A stretch of 64,000 nucleotides of DNA from a virus: IMG/VR virus record IMGVR_UViG_3300018018_000001, positions 1-64,000 of that record; one strand, given 5' to 3'. The translations under genes and the position numbers were made by a program. This document shows positions 51,495 to 61,170 of the stretch, in pieces; position 1 is the first letter of the stretch; every line of letters begins with the position of its first letter. The notes below the pieces were generated by a model that had not been told where the DNA came from, searched no databases, and saw only the letters and a list, made by a program, of their open reading frames with translations.

Positions 51495-52130
51495 AAAGCA
51501 AAGCATTTAAAGTATTGGAATCCCTTATTCTTACCGAAGGAAAAGATTATCTCTATCTCATAGATCTTGATGAGCGGGGATCTTTCAGAGCACATGTTGA
51601 GGATGCCAAAACAGGAAAAGTAGTCTTTCAGTTTTCTAATGAGGAAGAAGAAGAGGTTTTGGATGATGAAGGTGAACCCACTGGTGAGGTTCATACCTTT
51701 GATGGAGAAATAAGCATGGTTCGAGATGGATATATGAAACATGGTGAGGATATAGTGGGTCTGGAAGAATATCTAATTGACATGAAAATCATACCCGCAG
51801 GATCTCATCTTAAGAAGGGGAATTAATATGAAAAACAAAGCGCAAGTAGTTTTGGATAGTCTCAAAGAGGCTGAAGGTGATTTTACTCCCCAGGAAAAGG
51901 AGCTTATAAATACTGGGTATATTCATATAAGAGATAGTCATATGTTTGGTGATGCTCCTCTTTTTAAGAAAGGAAATGATTACAAATTTGTTTATCAAGG
52001 AAAAGTAATGACCCCTCAAGAAATATATGATGATCTTGTCCAAAATTGGGACCCGCAATCAGAGGAAGAAGTTAGTTGGAAAATGGATAGTATGAAGGGC
52101 TATTTCAAAGCTTTTGGGATAAAGGATTAA
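51491..52130 (+). CDS. Two leader-bearing acidic proteins (51491-51826, 51828-52130)
   Basis: MKSKAFKVLESLILTE and MKNKAQVVLDSLKE. Confidence 0.7.
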
Positions 52131-52150
52131 AATTAATAAAAGGGGAAGGT

Positions 52151-52681
52151 ATGAAGGTATGCTCAAAGTGTAAGATTCCTAAGAATGAATTAGAGTTTCC
52201 TAAAAGAAAAAAAGAAAAAGATGGTTATAATCCTTGGTGTAAATTATGTATTAATAAATACAATAAAGGATTATATTTGAAGAACGGAAGAAAAAATAGG
52301 ATTTGTAACCCAGAAAGAAATAGAGAATCTAAACTGAAATGGAAGACTAATAATCCCGAAAAAGTTATTGAAATAAGAAGAAGGGATTACAAAAATTGTC
52401 ATAATAAATGTCTTGATTATTATGGTCATAAATGTGCTCTTTGCCCTCAAATAGAAAATTTAGTTATTGATCATATTGGTGGATATGATGGTAAAAGTCC
52501 AAGAGGTGGGATCTCTCTTTGGAGATGGTTGATTAAAAGTAATTTTCCACCAGGATTCAGAGTTCTTTGTATGAGATGTAATACTATTGATGGGGCTCTT
52601 AGATCTCATCCTCTTTTAAATTTGAGAGGAATTGATGATTTATTAAATATTTTAAAAAATACGCCTTATATTAAGGCATAG
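52151..52681 (+). CDS. HNH-like endonuclease
   Basis: CSKCK..EF N-terminus; YYGHKCALC...LVIDHIGG...RVLCMRCN. Confidence 0.75.
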   Translation: MKVCSKCKIPKNELEFPKRKKEKDGYNPWCKLCINKYNKGLYLKNGRKNRICNPERNRESKLKWKTNNPEKVIEIRRRDYKNCHNKCLDYYGHKCALCPQIENLVIDHIGGYDGKSPRGGISLWRWLIKSNFPPGFRVLCMRCNTIDGALRSHPLLNLRGIDDLLNILKNTPYIKA

Positions 52682-52976
52682 AAGGAGGTGTATCATGACG
52701 CTATAAGACTTAAGTTTAAATGTCTTTGGTAGGTGATACAGAATGGACCCAAAACTTCTCAAACTTCCTAAGCAGAACAGGAAGAAAGCAGGTGGAGGAT
52801 CTCAAAAAGATCGGCAAATGATGGCTCATAGAGCCAAGCATTCCCGATATCTTAGAGAGGGGCGATTAGAGAAAAACAAAGCCCGAAGAGCTTTAACCCA
52901 AAAACATAGAGAAGCTAAACAAGCTTTAAAGAAAACTCACAGAGCCAATACTGCAGTGGCGCAGTGAGGTGGGGAT

Positions 52977-53018
52977 GGGGGAAACCTCAAAAACCCCTTG
53001 AGGTATTCCCCCTTTATT
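52977..53018 (+). terminator. Probable rho-independent terminator
   Basis: gggggaaacctcaa / ttgaggtattccccc stem, then tttatt. Confidence 0.55.
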
Positions 53019-53794
53019 AAATGGAGGTTTTATGCCAGCACAAATTCAACCCAGCAGTTGGCTTAAGAATTATAGTTGGAAAATGTCTAAGGATTCTTCC
53101 ATTGGAAATGGTGTGGTATATACTAACTCACAAAAGCCTGGACATGAAATTGTTCTTTTTGACGATGGGAGAATAGAACATCGTTTGCATGGTCAAAAGA
53201 TTGCTGCAGTTGACTCTAAGAATGTAGCAGCATATATGTCTAAAATCCATAGATATTAAAAGGGAGGGTTATATGGATATTGATAATTTTATTGAAAAAG
53301 TTGGGGATTTTTTATCTGCTGAAAATGAAGAACAAGTGAAAAGAATTGAAGAATGTGATGTTTCTAAATTTAAGGTAGCGATAAGAAAACTAAATATTGA
53401 TTTAAGTAGTAATAAGGAGGAAATAGATTGAAAGTAGAGCAACAAGTCTCTTTTTTCGTCCGTAGAGATGTTTTAGAGAAATACATAGCAGAAAATAAGG
53501 AATGTACTCTTTTTAACTTCTCTGGGTTGTTTGGTACTAATGGGGAAATGATTTTAACAATTACCCCTGTTCGTGAACATTCACTATTGGGCCAAGGAAG
53601 AGCCACCATATTTGGGGAGCAAACAAGAGGTATTGCATAATGATAAAACCTGAATACCGATGTCAAAAATGTCATTGGTATTTTAAGAGGGATAAGCCAG
53701 GACCAACCCAATGCCCCAAATGTGGATATAACTATGTTGATTGGCTTAATCATGAGAAAGTTATAAAGTCATTAGGTGATTATGGGAGAGCATA

Positions 53795-54352
53795 ATGAAT
53801 AAAGCAAGAAAGTTGCTAAGTTTTTTAATTGAAGCTTCTGGTGATACTCAAGGAGATATTCAAGGAGATAATGTAGTCCCTCCTGCTGAAGATATTGCCG
53901 ATCAGTTGTTAACCAATTTAAGTAAAGATTTAAAAGTTACAAAGGGTGAGGTTGAACCTGTTCCTGATGAATTTACTGCTAAATTTATAGCAGTAGATGA
54001 GGATGAGGTTGAAGATAAAACTGATTTGGACTTTACCGATGGTGGGAATCATAGTGCTTATCCTGATTTTGTTCCTAAGGGTGATTACTGGTTTTCCAAG
54101 AATAAATCGGAAGAAGGTAAAGTAGGAATTTGTTGCCATGAATTTGTTGAGGATATGGTCCTTAAACATATTACTGGTCTTGGAAATTATGACTTTGTTC
54201 ATACGGCTGTAGCAGATCCAGTAGAGGCTATTGTTCGATGGATTTATAGAAAAGTCAATCCAGGGAAAGAAGAGGCATTAAAAAAGGCTTCTCCTCAAGT
54301 GGAAAAGTGGGTAGAGTTTTGGTCAAATCTTAATGAGCAATATGAGGATTAA
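53795..54352 (+). CDS. Leader-bearing acidic protein
   Basis: MNKARKLLSFLIE; GGNHSAYPDFVP...CHEFVE...H motif (possible metal site). Confidence 0.7.
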   Translation: MNKARKLLSFLIEASGDTQGDIQGDNVVPPAEDIADQLLTNLSKDLKVTKGEVEPVPDEFTAKFIAVDEDEVEDKTDLDFTDGGNHSAYPDFVPKGDYWFSKNKSEEGKVGICCHEFVEDMVLKHITGLGNYDFVHTAVADPVEAIVRWIYRKVNPGKEEALKKASPQVEKWVEFWSNLNEQYED

Positions 54353-54354
54353 TA

Positions 54355-54957
54355 GTGAAAATAGATTTATGCTATTATGGGTGTGGACAAAAAGCAATGT
54401 ATGAACTAAAGAACGGCAGAGGGTGCTGTTCTAGTAGTCAAAATTCTTGCCCAGAGATTAAAAGAAAAAATAAAGGAAATAGAGAATCCAAAAAGGGCAA
54501 CAAAAATCCCATGTTTAGAAAAAAGCATACCACAAGTTCATTACAAGAAATGAGTAAGTCCCATAAAGGAAAGAAAAAACCTTGGGTTACTGAAAGAAAT
54601 AAGAAATTAATAAATAATAAAAATCCTATGTTTGGAAAGAAAAGACTTGATGTTATTGAAAGAAACAAAAAATCAATAGGTGATAAAAGTTATAATTGGC
54701 ATGGTGGATCTTCTTTTGAACCTTATTCTCCTGAATTTAATAACAAGTTGAAGGAACAAATAAGGAATAAATTTGATCATACTTGTGTCCTTTGCGGTGA
54801 GTATGCAAAAGTACCTCATCATATAGATTATAACAAAAAAAATAACAGAGAGGATAATTTTGTTCTTTTATGTAAAAGTGATAACTCTAAAGTGAATAAG
54901 AATAGAGTTCAATGGGAAATCTATTTTAGACTATTCCTTATGATGTGGGGAAAATAA
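54355..54957 (+). CDS. HNH homing endonuclease, family A
   Basis: YYGCG..GCC module; KFDHTCVLC...PHHIDYNKKNN...KVNKNRVQWE. Confidence 0.8.
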   Translation: MKIDLCYYGCGQKAMYELKNGRGCCSSSQNSCPEIKRKNKGNRESKKGNKNPMFRKKHTTSSLQEMSKSHKGKKKPWVTERNKKLINNKNPMFGKKRLDVIERNKKSIGDKSYNWHGGSSFEPYSPEFNNKLKEQIRNKFDHTCVLCGEYAKVPHHIDYNKKNNREDNFVLLCKSDNSKVNKNRVQWEIYFRLFLMMWGK

Positions 54958-55173
54958 TTTGACTAAAAAACCCAATAATGGAGAATTAGTTCCCTATATT
55001 CTTGATGCCATAGAAAAGGGGATAGATGTTTCAACAAGAAATAAAGCTATTAAATATCTTAGCAGTTTTATTGACACTGAAACTGATCCTGGTGCAATAA
55101 CTTCCCTTGAGTTTTTAGTAAAATATCTTGATACCAAAGCTTATGCCGAATTATATGCTTATGTAGGGACTTT

Positions 55174-55719
55174 ATGAAATTTAAAGAGGATGACAACCGG
55201 CTGAATCAAACCACCTATGAACCTCATAAGCTGAATATTTCTGTTGGAAGATTCCCAGGTGGGCATGATGAAAGACCACAAAATGACCTTGGGACTTCCC
55301 CAAAAAAGAGAGTGCAAGACATAAATAATAAAGCGGCTTACCAAATGACTAAGGATGAATATGTAAAGAAAGAAATGTCTTATAAAAGAAAACATGGTAT
55401 TGTGGGGTCTGGTAGATTTGGTGGGGCTCAAGGGCTTAAAGCGGAAGCAGAAAAAATGCATAAAATTATGGTTAAGGATGCACTCAGTAAAGACAAGACT
55501 GTTCCTCCTGAGGTTTTAGCCGATTATCCGGATCTTACAATGAAGAAAGAAACTCTTGGAACCCCTGTAGGTGGGTATGGGCATCCGATTACTGCTTTTA
55601 CTGGAATCCATGGTTATCAACCTAAGCCTTATGACCAATTTGGAATAAAGGGAAGAAAGAGAGATAAGAAGTCTAAAGCTAAAAAAGCCTTAGAACTTCT
55701 CTTTGCTGCTGAGGTATAA
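55174..55719 (+). CDS. Hypothetical protein with VPPEVLADYPDL module
   Basis: HKIMVKDAL..KTVPPEVLADYPDL, a motif I recall from phage polyvalent proteins; C-terminal leader-like helix. Confidence 0.55.
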   Translation: MKFKEDDNRLNQTTYEPHKLNISVGRFPGGHDERPQNDLGTSPKKRVQDINNKAAYQMTKDEYVKKEMSYKRKHGIVGSGRFGGAQGLKAEAEKMHKIMVKDALSKDKTVPPEVLADYPDLTMKKETLGTPVGGYGHPITAFTGIHGYQPKPYDQFGIKGRKRDKKSKAKKALELLFAAEV

Positions 55720-57006
55720 ATGCCCAAAGTAAACTATCTGCTTAATGAAATAAAGTCTATTAACGAAATTGGTGCTCAGAAATTTCTAATCCTGGATGGT
55801 GGGGAACAGGTTAATATTGCTGAAAGACTGGGCAGGGATGCTGAAGTCTTTTATTTTGTTCCTTGGTATGATTCTGATCCCAAAGTAGATAGGCCATATG
55901 TAGGTCTCAATCTAAAAGGGGTAACCGTAGTTTATGACTATTGGAACCATCTAAAAGAGGCAGACAGGATATTCTTTCCAGATTGCTATTATGAGGATTT
56001 AGCGGAAAATATTTCTGAACAAGGGTATATTGTTATTGGACCAAGAAAAGCAGCAGTTCTGGAATATGATAAAGAGATAATGAGAAAAGAGTGTATGAGG
56101 GTTGGACTTAAAATGGCTGAGGCCGAAAAGATAAAAGGGCTAAAACATTTAATCAGGGTATTAGATGGAAAAGAGGGTACAATAGTAAAACCAAAGATAT
56201 TTAGGGGGGAAAGTGAGACTTGGGAATACAAGTCAAAACTTAGTGGACAAGCTAAATTTGATGGTATATCCTTAAGTCTTGGCCCATTTGCCGAAAGCTT
56301 TGAGTGGTTTGTTGAAAAGCCTGTTAAGGGCCTGGAAATGGGAGTAGATGGGATAACTATAGACGGAGAGTTAATATACCCTATGATTTGGGGTTGCACT
56401 AGCGGGTATATGTTTTTGGGTAGAATTGATAATCCTGACAAAGTTCCTGAGCCATTTAAATCTACTAATTCAAAACTATCCAAGTTGTTTGAAGAGTATA
56501 AAGTAAAAAGTTTTTTTGGGACAGAAGAAATTATTCATGAGGATAAAAAAGGTTCTACTTTTATAGATTTAGCTATGCGCCTTTCTAATTCTCATATTAG
56601 TGGAATATTTACAGAATTAATTAAGAATTTTCCTGATTTTCTATTCAGTATGGGAAGTGATAAAATTATTATTCCAGATGTAGAGGCTACTCATGTAGGA
56701 TCAGCAGTTTTAGTATTATCTAAAGAAGCTGAAGAATGGGTGACTATTAAATCTCCAAAGGAAATGACTAATTTGAAACTAGAGTATATGTCTAAGAATC
56801 AGGAAGGAGATTACATTATAGCCCCAAGAAAACAAGTAACTTGTGGGGCTCTTGTTGCATTAGGTAAATCATGGGATGAAGTAATCTCTAAACTTCAAGA
56901 GGATTTTAAAAAAATAGAAGCTAGTATTGGATTAGATCCTATACCAGGTGTTAGCGAATATGAAGAAATGATAGAAAAGGTAAATTCTTTCGGGTTGGAG
57001 TTTTAG
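55720..57006 (+). CDS. ATP-grasp enzyme (PurD/GARS-like fold)
   Basis: AVLEYDK..MR, IVKPK.FRG, FVEKPVKGLEMGVD, FFGTEEII..FIDLAMRL. Confidence 0.65.
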   Translation: MPKVNYLLNEIKSINEIGAQKFLILDGGEQVNIAERLGRDAEVFYFVPWYDSDPKVDRPYVGLNLKGVTVVYDYWNHLKEADRIFFPDCYYEDLAENISEQGYIVIGPRKAAVLEYDKEIMRKECMRVGLKMAEAEKIKGLKHLIRVLDGKEGTIVKPKIFRGESETWEYKSKLSGQAKFDGISLSLGPFAESFEWFVEKPVKGLEMGVDGITIDGELIYPMIWGCTSGYMFLGRIDNPDKVPEPFKSTNSKLSKLFEEYKVKSFFGTEEIIHEDKKGSTFIDLAMRLSNSHISGIFTELIKNFPDFLFSMGSDKIIIPDVEATHVGSAVLVLSKEAEEWVTIKSPKEMTNLKLEYMSKNQEGDYIIAPRKQVTCGALVALGKSWDEVISKLQEDFKKIEASIGLDPIPGVSEYEEMIEKVNSFGLEF

Positions 57007-57630
57007 GTGGATAATCGAAGAAAACCTAAAACAAAAGAGTGGAAAGAGCAAGTTAGTTTAAAGCTTAAAGGTATAAAAAAGCCGTGGTTAAGTGAGAAAT
57101 TTAAATTAAATAATCCAATGAATAATCTTGAAAGTAGAGAAAAAGTTAATCAATCTAAGGTGGGTAAAAAGAGATATCCATTCTCTGATAAATGGAAAAT
57201 GAATATGAGTAAAAGTAGAAAAGGAAAACCTAAAACAGAGCAACATAAAGAAAATATAAGTAATTCTATGCTAAAATCAGATATTGTTAAGAAAAATTGT
57301 TTACGTGCGCAAAGTTTTATTAAATCCCCCTCTAAACCTCAGATTAAACTATTCAACATGATTAAAAAGGAATTTAATTCTGCTGAACTTAATTTTCCTC
57401 TGATTCTTGATAATGGTAAAGGGTACTCTCTTGATGTAGTAATTCCAGAATATAAAATAGCTATTGAATATGATGGATTTTATTGGCATAAAGATAGGGA
57501 TAAGGACTTGAAAAGACAAAGAGAATGTGAAGATTATGGATTCAAATTTATTAGGTATCAAGATAACGTTCCTTCTGAAGAAAAGTTAATGGATGATATA
57601 AATAGAATATTTTGCAAATTTTTCTCATAA
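57007..57630 (+). CDS. DUF559/Vsr-like endonuclease with NUMOD3
   Basis: SKPQIKLF...YSLDVVIPEYKIAIEYDGFYWH...RQ. Confidence 0.8.
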   Translation: MDNRRKPKTKEWKEQVSLKLKGIKKPWLSEKFKLNNPMNNLESREKVNQSKVGKKRYPFSDKWKMNMSKSRKGKPKTEQHKENISNSMLKSDIVKKNCLRAQSFIKSPSKPQIKLFNMIKKEFNSAELNFPLILDNGKGYSLDVVIPEYKIAIEYDGFYWHKDRDKDLKRQRECEDYGFKFIRYQDNVPSEEKLMDDINRIFCKFFS

Positions 57631-57740
57631 AAACACTCTTCTACATATCTTATCGGCAGATTTAGTAAAAAAGTTTAGTTTATTTTAACAATAAAATCAA
57701 TGAGTTCAAAAAATTTCAATTTTTTCATCCAATTTTCCTA

Positions 57741-57769
57741 TTGATTTTTAACAATATTCATTATATAAT
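57741..57769 (+). promoter_or_regulatory. Sigma70-like promoter TTGATT-N17-TATAAT
   Basis: ttgatt at 57741, a 17-nt spacer and tataat at 57764, 48 nt upstream of the protease ATG, in an AT-rich intergenic region. Confidence 0.65.
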
Positions 57770-57816
57770 CAGGTATAAGTGAAGAATATGAAAGAATATG
57801 GTGGTGGAGGCTATTA

Positions 57817-59403
57817 ATGGCAAAAATCGGATTTGATATTTTAACTCTTCAGCCTGTTCAATTTGCGATTGAAGAGTCAGACACTACTATTGATGGAAAA
57901 AATGTCTTAGGAAAACTAAAAGGAACTTTCTTTGTTCCTAATGGCATTTCCCGAAATAAGAGATTCTATGGGTCAGACGTTTGGGAAACTCAACTTAAGA
58001 ATGAGGATGTTCTGACAAGACTAAAAGATAAGAGAATGTTTGGGACTATTGGCCACAATATCAAAGTCAATGATGAGTCTTTGGCCGAAGGTAAACTTTC
58101 TCACATTACCACGGCTTTGTCAATGAATGGCAGTGAGGGTGTTGGTGAGGCCCTTATACTTAACACCGAAGCAGGACGCAATTTGAACACCGTCTTAAGG
58201 GCGGGAAGCAAATTATATGTATCCTCAAGAGCCAATGGAGATTACAAAGGCACTTCCCACGGTGTTCCAAGTGTAGACCCAGAAACTTTTAAGCTTGAAG
58301 GATTTGATTTTGTTATGGAGCCAGGTTTCCTACAAGCTAATCCAGCATTAGTTGAATCTCTTCATATCAAACCTGAAGAGGTTAAGAAATTAGCTGAGGA
58401 TCTTAATGAAACTGTCGATGTTAACTCCCCTGAGGGTGTAATAATAAATGTTGCCCCAGGTGGGATTGTAAATATTGATAGTGGCAAAACAAAAAATTTA
58501 GATGTAAAGACCCCTAAGGATATTAAAATTGAAGAAAGGAACCAGGAGGAAATTATTATGGAGAAAGAACTTGTAGAAAAACTCATGACAGAGAAAGCAG
58601 AGCTTTCTAACACCTTGACTGAAGCTTTGAAAAGCCTAGAGTCTATCAAGGCCGAAAAGGTGGTTTTGGCTTCTGAAGTTAAAACAATTAGTGAAAAACT
58701 GGAAAAGGCCGAAAAGGAAATCAAGGATAAAGGACCTATCCTGGAGACCTATGAAAAATTGGGATCTCCTGCCGATGTGGAAAAGGCTCTGGATCTGGCT
58801 GAAAAAGTGATCTGGAAGTATAAAGAGTCTGGTTCCCCAGATGAAGTCCGTACTGCTCTTGAGAAAGCTTTTACTGAACTTCAGTCTTACAAGCAGATGG
58901 GTACGGTGACTGAGATTGATGAGGCTTTCAATAAGGCTGAATCCTTGATTAAAAAGTATCGTGAGTTAGGAACTCTAGCCGAATTGACTGAAGCCCTTGA
59001 TACCGCCACCACAATTTTCACGAAATTCCAGGAACTGGGATCTCCTGCTGAAATCTCCTTGGCCCTTGACAAGGCTGCAAAGTTAGCTGAAGGGATCAAA
59101 GATGATAGGTTTGGTAAGAGAGTGGAAAAACTGGCTGGTGAATTAGGTGTTCCTGTTGAGGCTATTCGAGAAGTGGCCAAAAAGATGAATGATGGTGAAG
59201 TCCGTAAATTTGTCAAGGCCCTTTCCGAAAGCAATAATCTCAAAGTTAAGTATTTGGCCAAGCCTAAGCCCGGTGCTCTACCTAAGACCAAAGAAGATCT
59301 TAAGAATAAGCCAAGTATTTTCCAGAAATCACGGGGTGAAGCTTTAATGGAGAGTGTTACCCATAACCAGGCAAGGCTTTTCCCGAATAAAGATAAGAAG
59401 TAG
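57817..59403 (+). CDS. Prohead protease (T4 gp21-like) fused to a scaffold domain
   Basis: SRNKRFY, GTIGH, SHITT, GEALILNTEAG, VSSRANG and DFVMEPG match gp21 motifs; about 300-aa helical C-terminus with five 23-aa repeats. Confidence 0.88.
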   Translation: MAKIGFDILTLQPVQFAIEESDTTIDGKNVLGKLKGTFFVPNGISRNKRFYGSDVWETQLKNEDVLTRLKDKRMFGTIGHNIKVNDESLAEGKLSHITTALSMNGSEGVGEALILNTEAGRNLNTVLRAGSKLYVSSRANGDYKGTSHGVPSVDPETFKLEGFDFVMEPGFLQANPALVESLHIKPEEVKKLAEDLNETVDVNSPEGVIINVAPGGIVNIDSGKTKNLDVKTPKDIKIEERNQEEIIMEKELVEKLMTEKAELSNTLTEALKSLESIKAEKVVLASEVKTISEKLEKAEKEIKDKGPILETYEKLGSPADVEKALDLAEKVIWKYKESGSPDEVRTALEKAFTELQSYKQMGTVTEIDEAFNKAESLIKKYRELGTLAELTEALDTATTIFTKFQELGSPAEISLALDKAAKLAEGIKDDRFGKRVEKLAGELGVPVEAIREVAKKMNDGEVRKFVKALSESNNLKVKYLAKPKPGALPKTKEDLKNKPSIFQKSRGEALMESVTHNQARLFPNKDKK

Positions 59404-59536
59404 TTTTGATCTGCTGAATTAATTTCCTCACTTAGGGTGAGGACTAAGAGATGTCAAAGTAAGATTTTCTGCACTTCAGACTGTCAAGCTAAGGCTCTCT
59501 TGAATAACACCCTTACGTAAGGGTGAATCCAAGACG

Positions 59537-61072
59537 ATGGAGGAGTGTATGAGAAGTAATGTATCTAAAGGTAAAGAAGAGCTTGACGAGCGGTTGCAGT
59601 TAATGGACCACAAAATCAAAGCTGATGCTGAGGCCCTATATGAAAAGTATAGAGAGCAGATGGATCTATTGGATCAGTCTCTTCTGTCCAAAGCTAAGGG
59701 TGGATTAGAGCCCTATGATGTTTACGCTTTGGGAAAGCAGCTTGAATCCTTTGATTCCTATTTGGTCTTATGCGAAGAAGATGGGAACCTTGGCCAGTTA
59801 GGCAAAATCCCCCAGATTGCCTATGATGTTATCACCGTGGCTTATGGAACTTCTATTATCCCCTTTGTGGCTTCTGTTCAGCCAATTGAAGAGGAAAGTG
59901 GACACGTTTACTTTAAGCAGGTGAAACCCGCTCCGTTTACGGATGAGACTTTCAAAGGTGGTTACGATCAGTCTACAGTGTTCATTGATCCCCGTACCGG
60001 CGTTGTAACCCCACGTGCCTATGCCGCTAACACGGTTACTGAGGTTGATACCCTAGTTTCAAGTGGGGGAACTGCCAAGTATTATGCAACCCTAAGACAG
60101 TACCCGGTTCGTCCGTCTACTGTTACCGTGACATTGGCCACCAATGCTGGCGTATATGGCAATGACTTTAACGGATTCGTTCCTACCACTGGTAAAGGTG
60201 TTATCCTTGGTGCTGGCGTGTCTGGCTCCGTGTCTTATGGTGGACCCGCTACCGCTGGCCGTGTGGATCTGATTTTTGCCTCTGATCCTGGTGCCGTTAA
60301 TATCGTTGTTAGCTATCAGGTTAACTATGAGCAGGCTGATGATCTGCCCCGGATTACCACTTACTTCGACAGCACTGATATCTTTGCTCAGGTGTATGCC
60401 CTTAAAGGCACCATCGGGATGTTACAGTCCTATGGTATGAGAAAGAGATTCGGGCTGGTTGCCGAAGATGAGTTGGCTAAAGACTTAGTGGCCGAAATCA
60501 ACGCCGAAATCGGTGGAGACCTGATTACCCTGATGTATGCTGCGGCCCTTGGAACCGTTACGTGGTTTAAAACCCCACCTTCTAATGTTTCTTACTATGA
60601 GCACGTTCAAACCCTGAAGTATGCCATTGCAGATACTGAAGCCAATATGATTGGACATAGCCAGAGAGGCACGATCACTACGATCATTGCCGGTCGAAAC
60701 CTCTGCGCCATTCTGTCTACTCTACCTGGATTCAATAAACTCACCGATGGTAACACCTTAGGTGCTCACGTGTTTGGAACTCTGGATGGTGTCATGATTG
60801 TTAGAGTGAATGAACAGGCTATCCTGGATACCAACAAGGCTATTTGTATTTGGAAGGGAACTTCTCCGTTTGAAGCCCCATCCGTTTACAGTCCGTTTAT
60901 GCCTTTGGTGGTTACCTCTACTCTGCCAGCCGGGAAAAATCCGATTGGTCAGCAGAGAGCCGCTGCAGTTTGGAGCGGAGTGAAAATCCTGGTTCAACAG
61001 TTCATCACCCTCTTGGTCATGGACATTGGGGCGAATACCGCTCCTAACGGATTCGATGTTATCGTTCCGTAA
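59537..61072 (+). CDS. Major capsid protein (T4 gp23-like; probable start ATG 59549)
   Basis: VQPIEEESGHVYF, YALKGT...AEDELAKDLVAEINAEI and VYSPFMPL correspond to gp23 motifs; follows the protease/scaffold gene. Confidence 0.9.
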   Translation: MEECMRSNVSKGKEELDERLQLMDHKIKADAEALYEKYREQMDLLDQSLLSKAKGGLEPYDVYALGKQLESFDSYLVLCEEDGNLGQLGKIPQIAYDVITVAYGTSIIPFVASVQPIEEESGHVYFKQVKPAPFTDETFKGGYDQSTVFIDPRTGVVTPRAYAANTVTEVDTLVSSGGTAKYYATLRQYPVRPSTVTVTLATNAGVYGNDFNGFVPTTGKGVILGAGVSGSVSYGGPATAGRVDLIFASDPGAVNIVVSYQVNYEQADDLPRITTYFDSTDIFAQVYALKGTIGMLQSYGMRKRFGLVAEDELAKDLVAEINAEIGGDLITLMYAAALGTVTWFKTPPSNVSYYEHVQTLKYAIADTEANMIGHSQRGTITTIIAGRNLCAILSTLPGFNKLTDGNTLGAHVFGTLDGVMIVRVNEQAILDTNKAICIWKGTSPFEAPSVYSPFMPLVVTSTLPAGKNPIGQQRAAAVWSGVKILVQQFITLLVMDIGANTAPNGFDVIVP

Positions 61073-61097
61073 CCTGTCGCCCAGGTAAACACATATC

Positions 61098-61143
61098 CCG
61101 GGAAGTGGTTTTATTTTTCCACCACTTCCCGGCTTTTTCTTTT
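61098..61143 (+). terminator. Rho-independent terminator after the MCP gene
   Basis: 12-bp stem ccgggaagtggt / accacttcccgg plus ctttttcttt. Confidence 0.85.
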
Positions 61144-61170
61144 CATTTGTGGTGGAAGGAGGGGAGACAG

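Noticed and set aside
43367-61072. Inteins or group I introns in terL, portal, protease or MCP
   Set aside because: The genes are contiguous and of expected size, with no intein splice motifs. The endonucleases lie between genes, not inside them.
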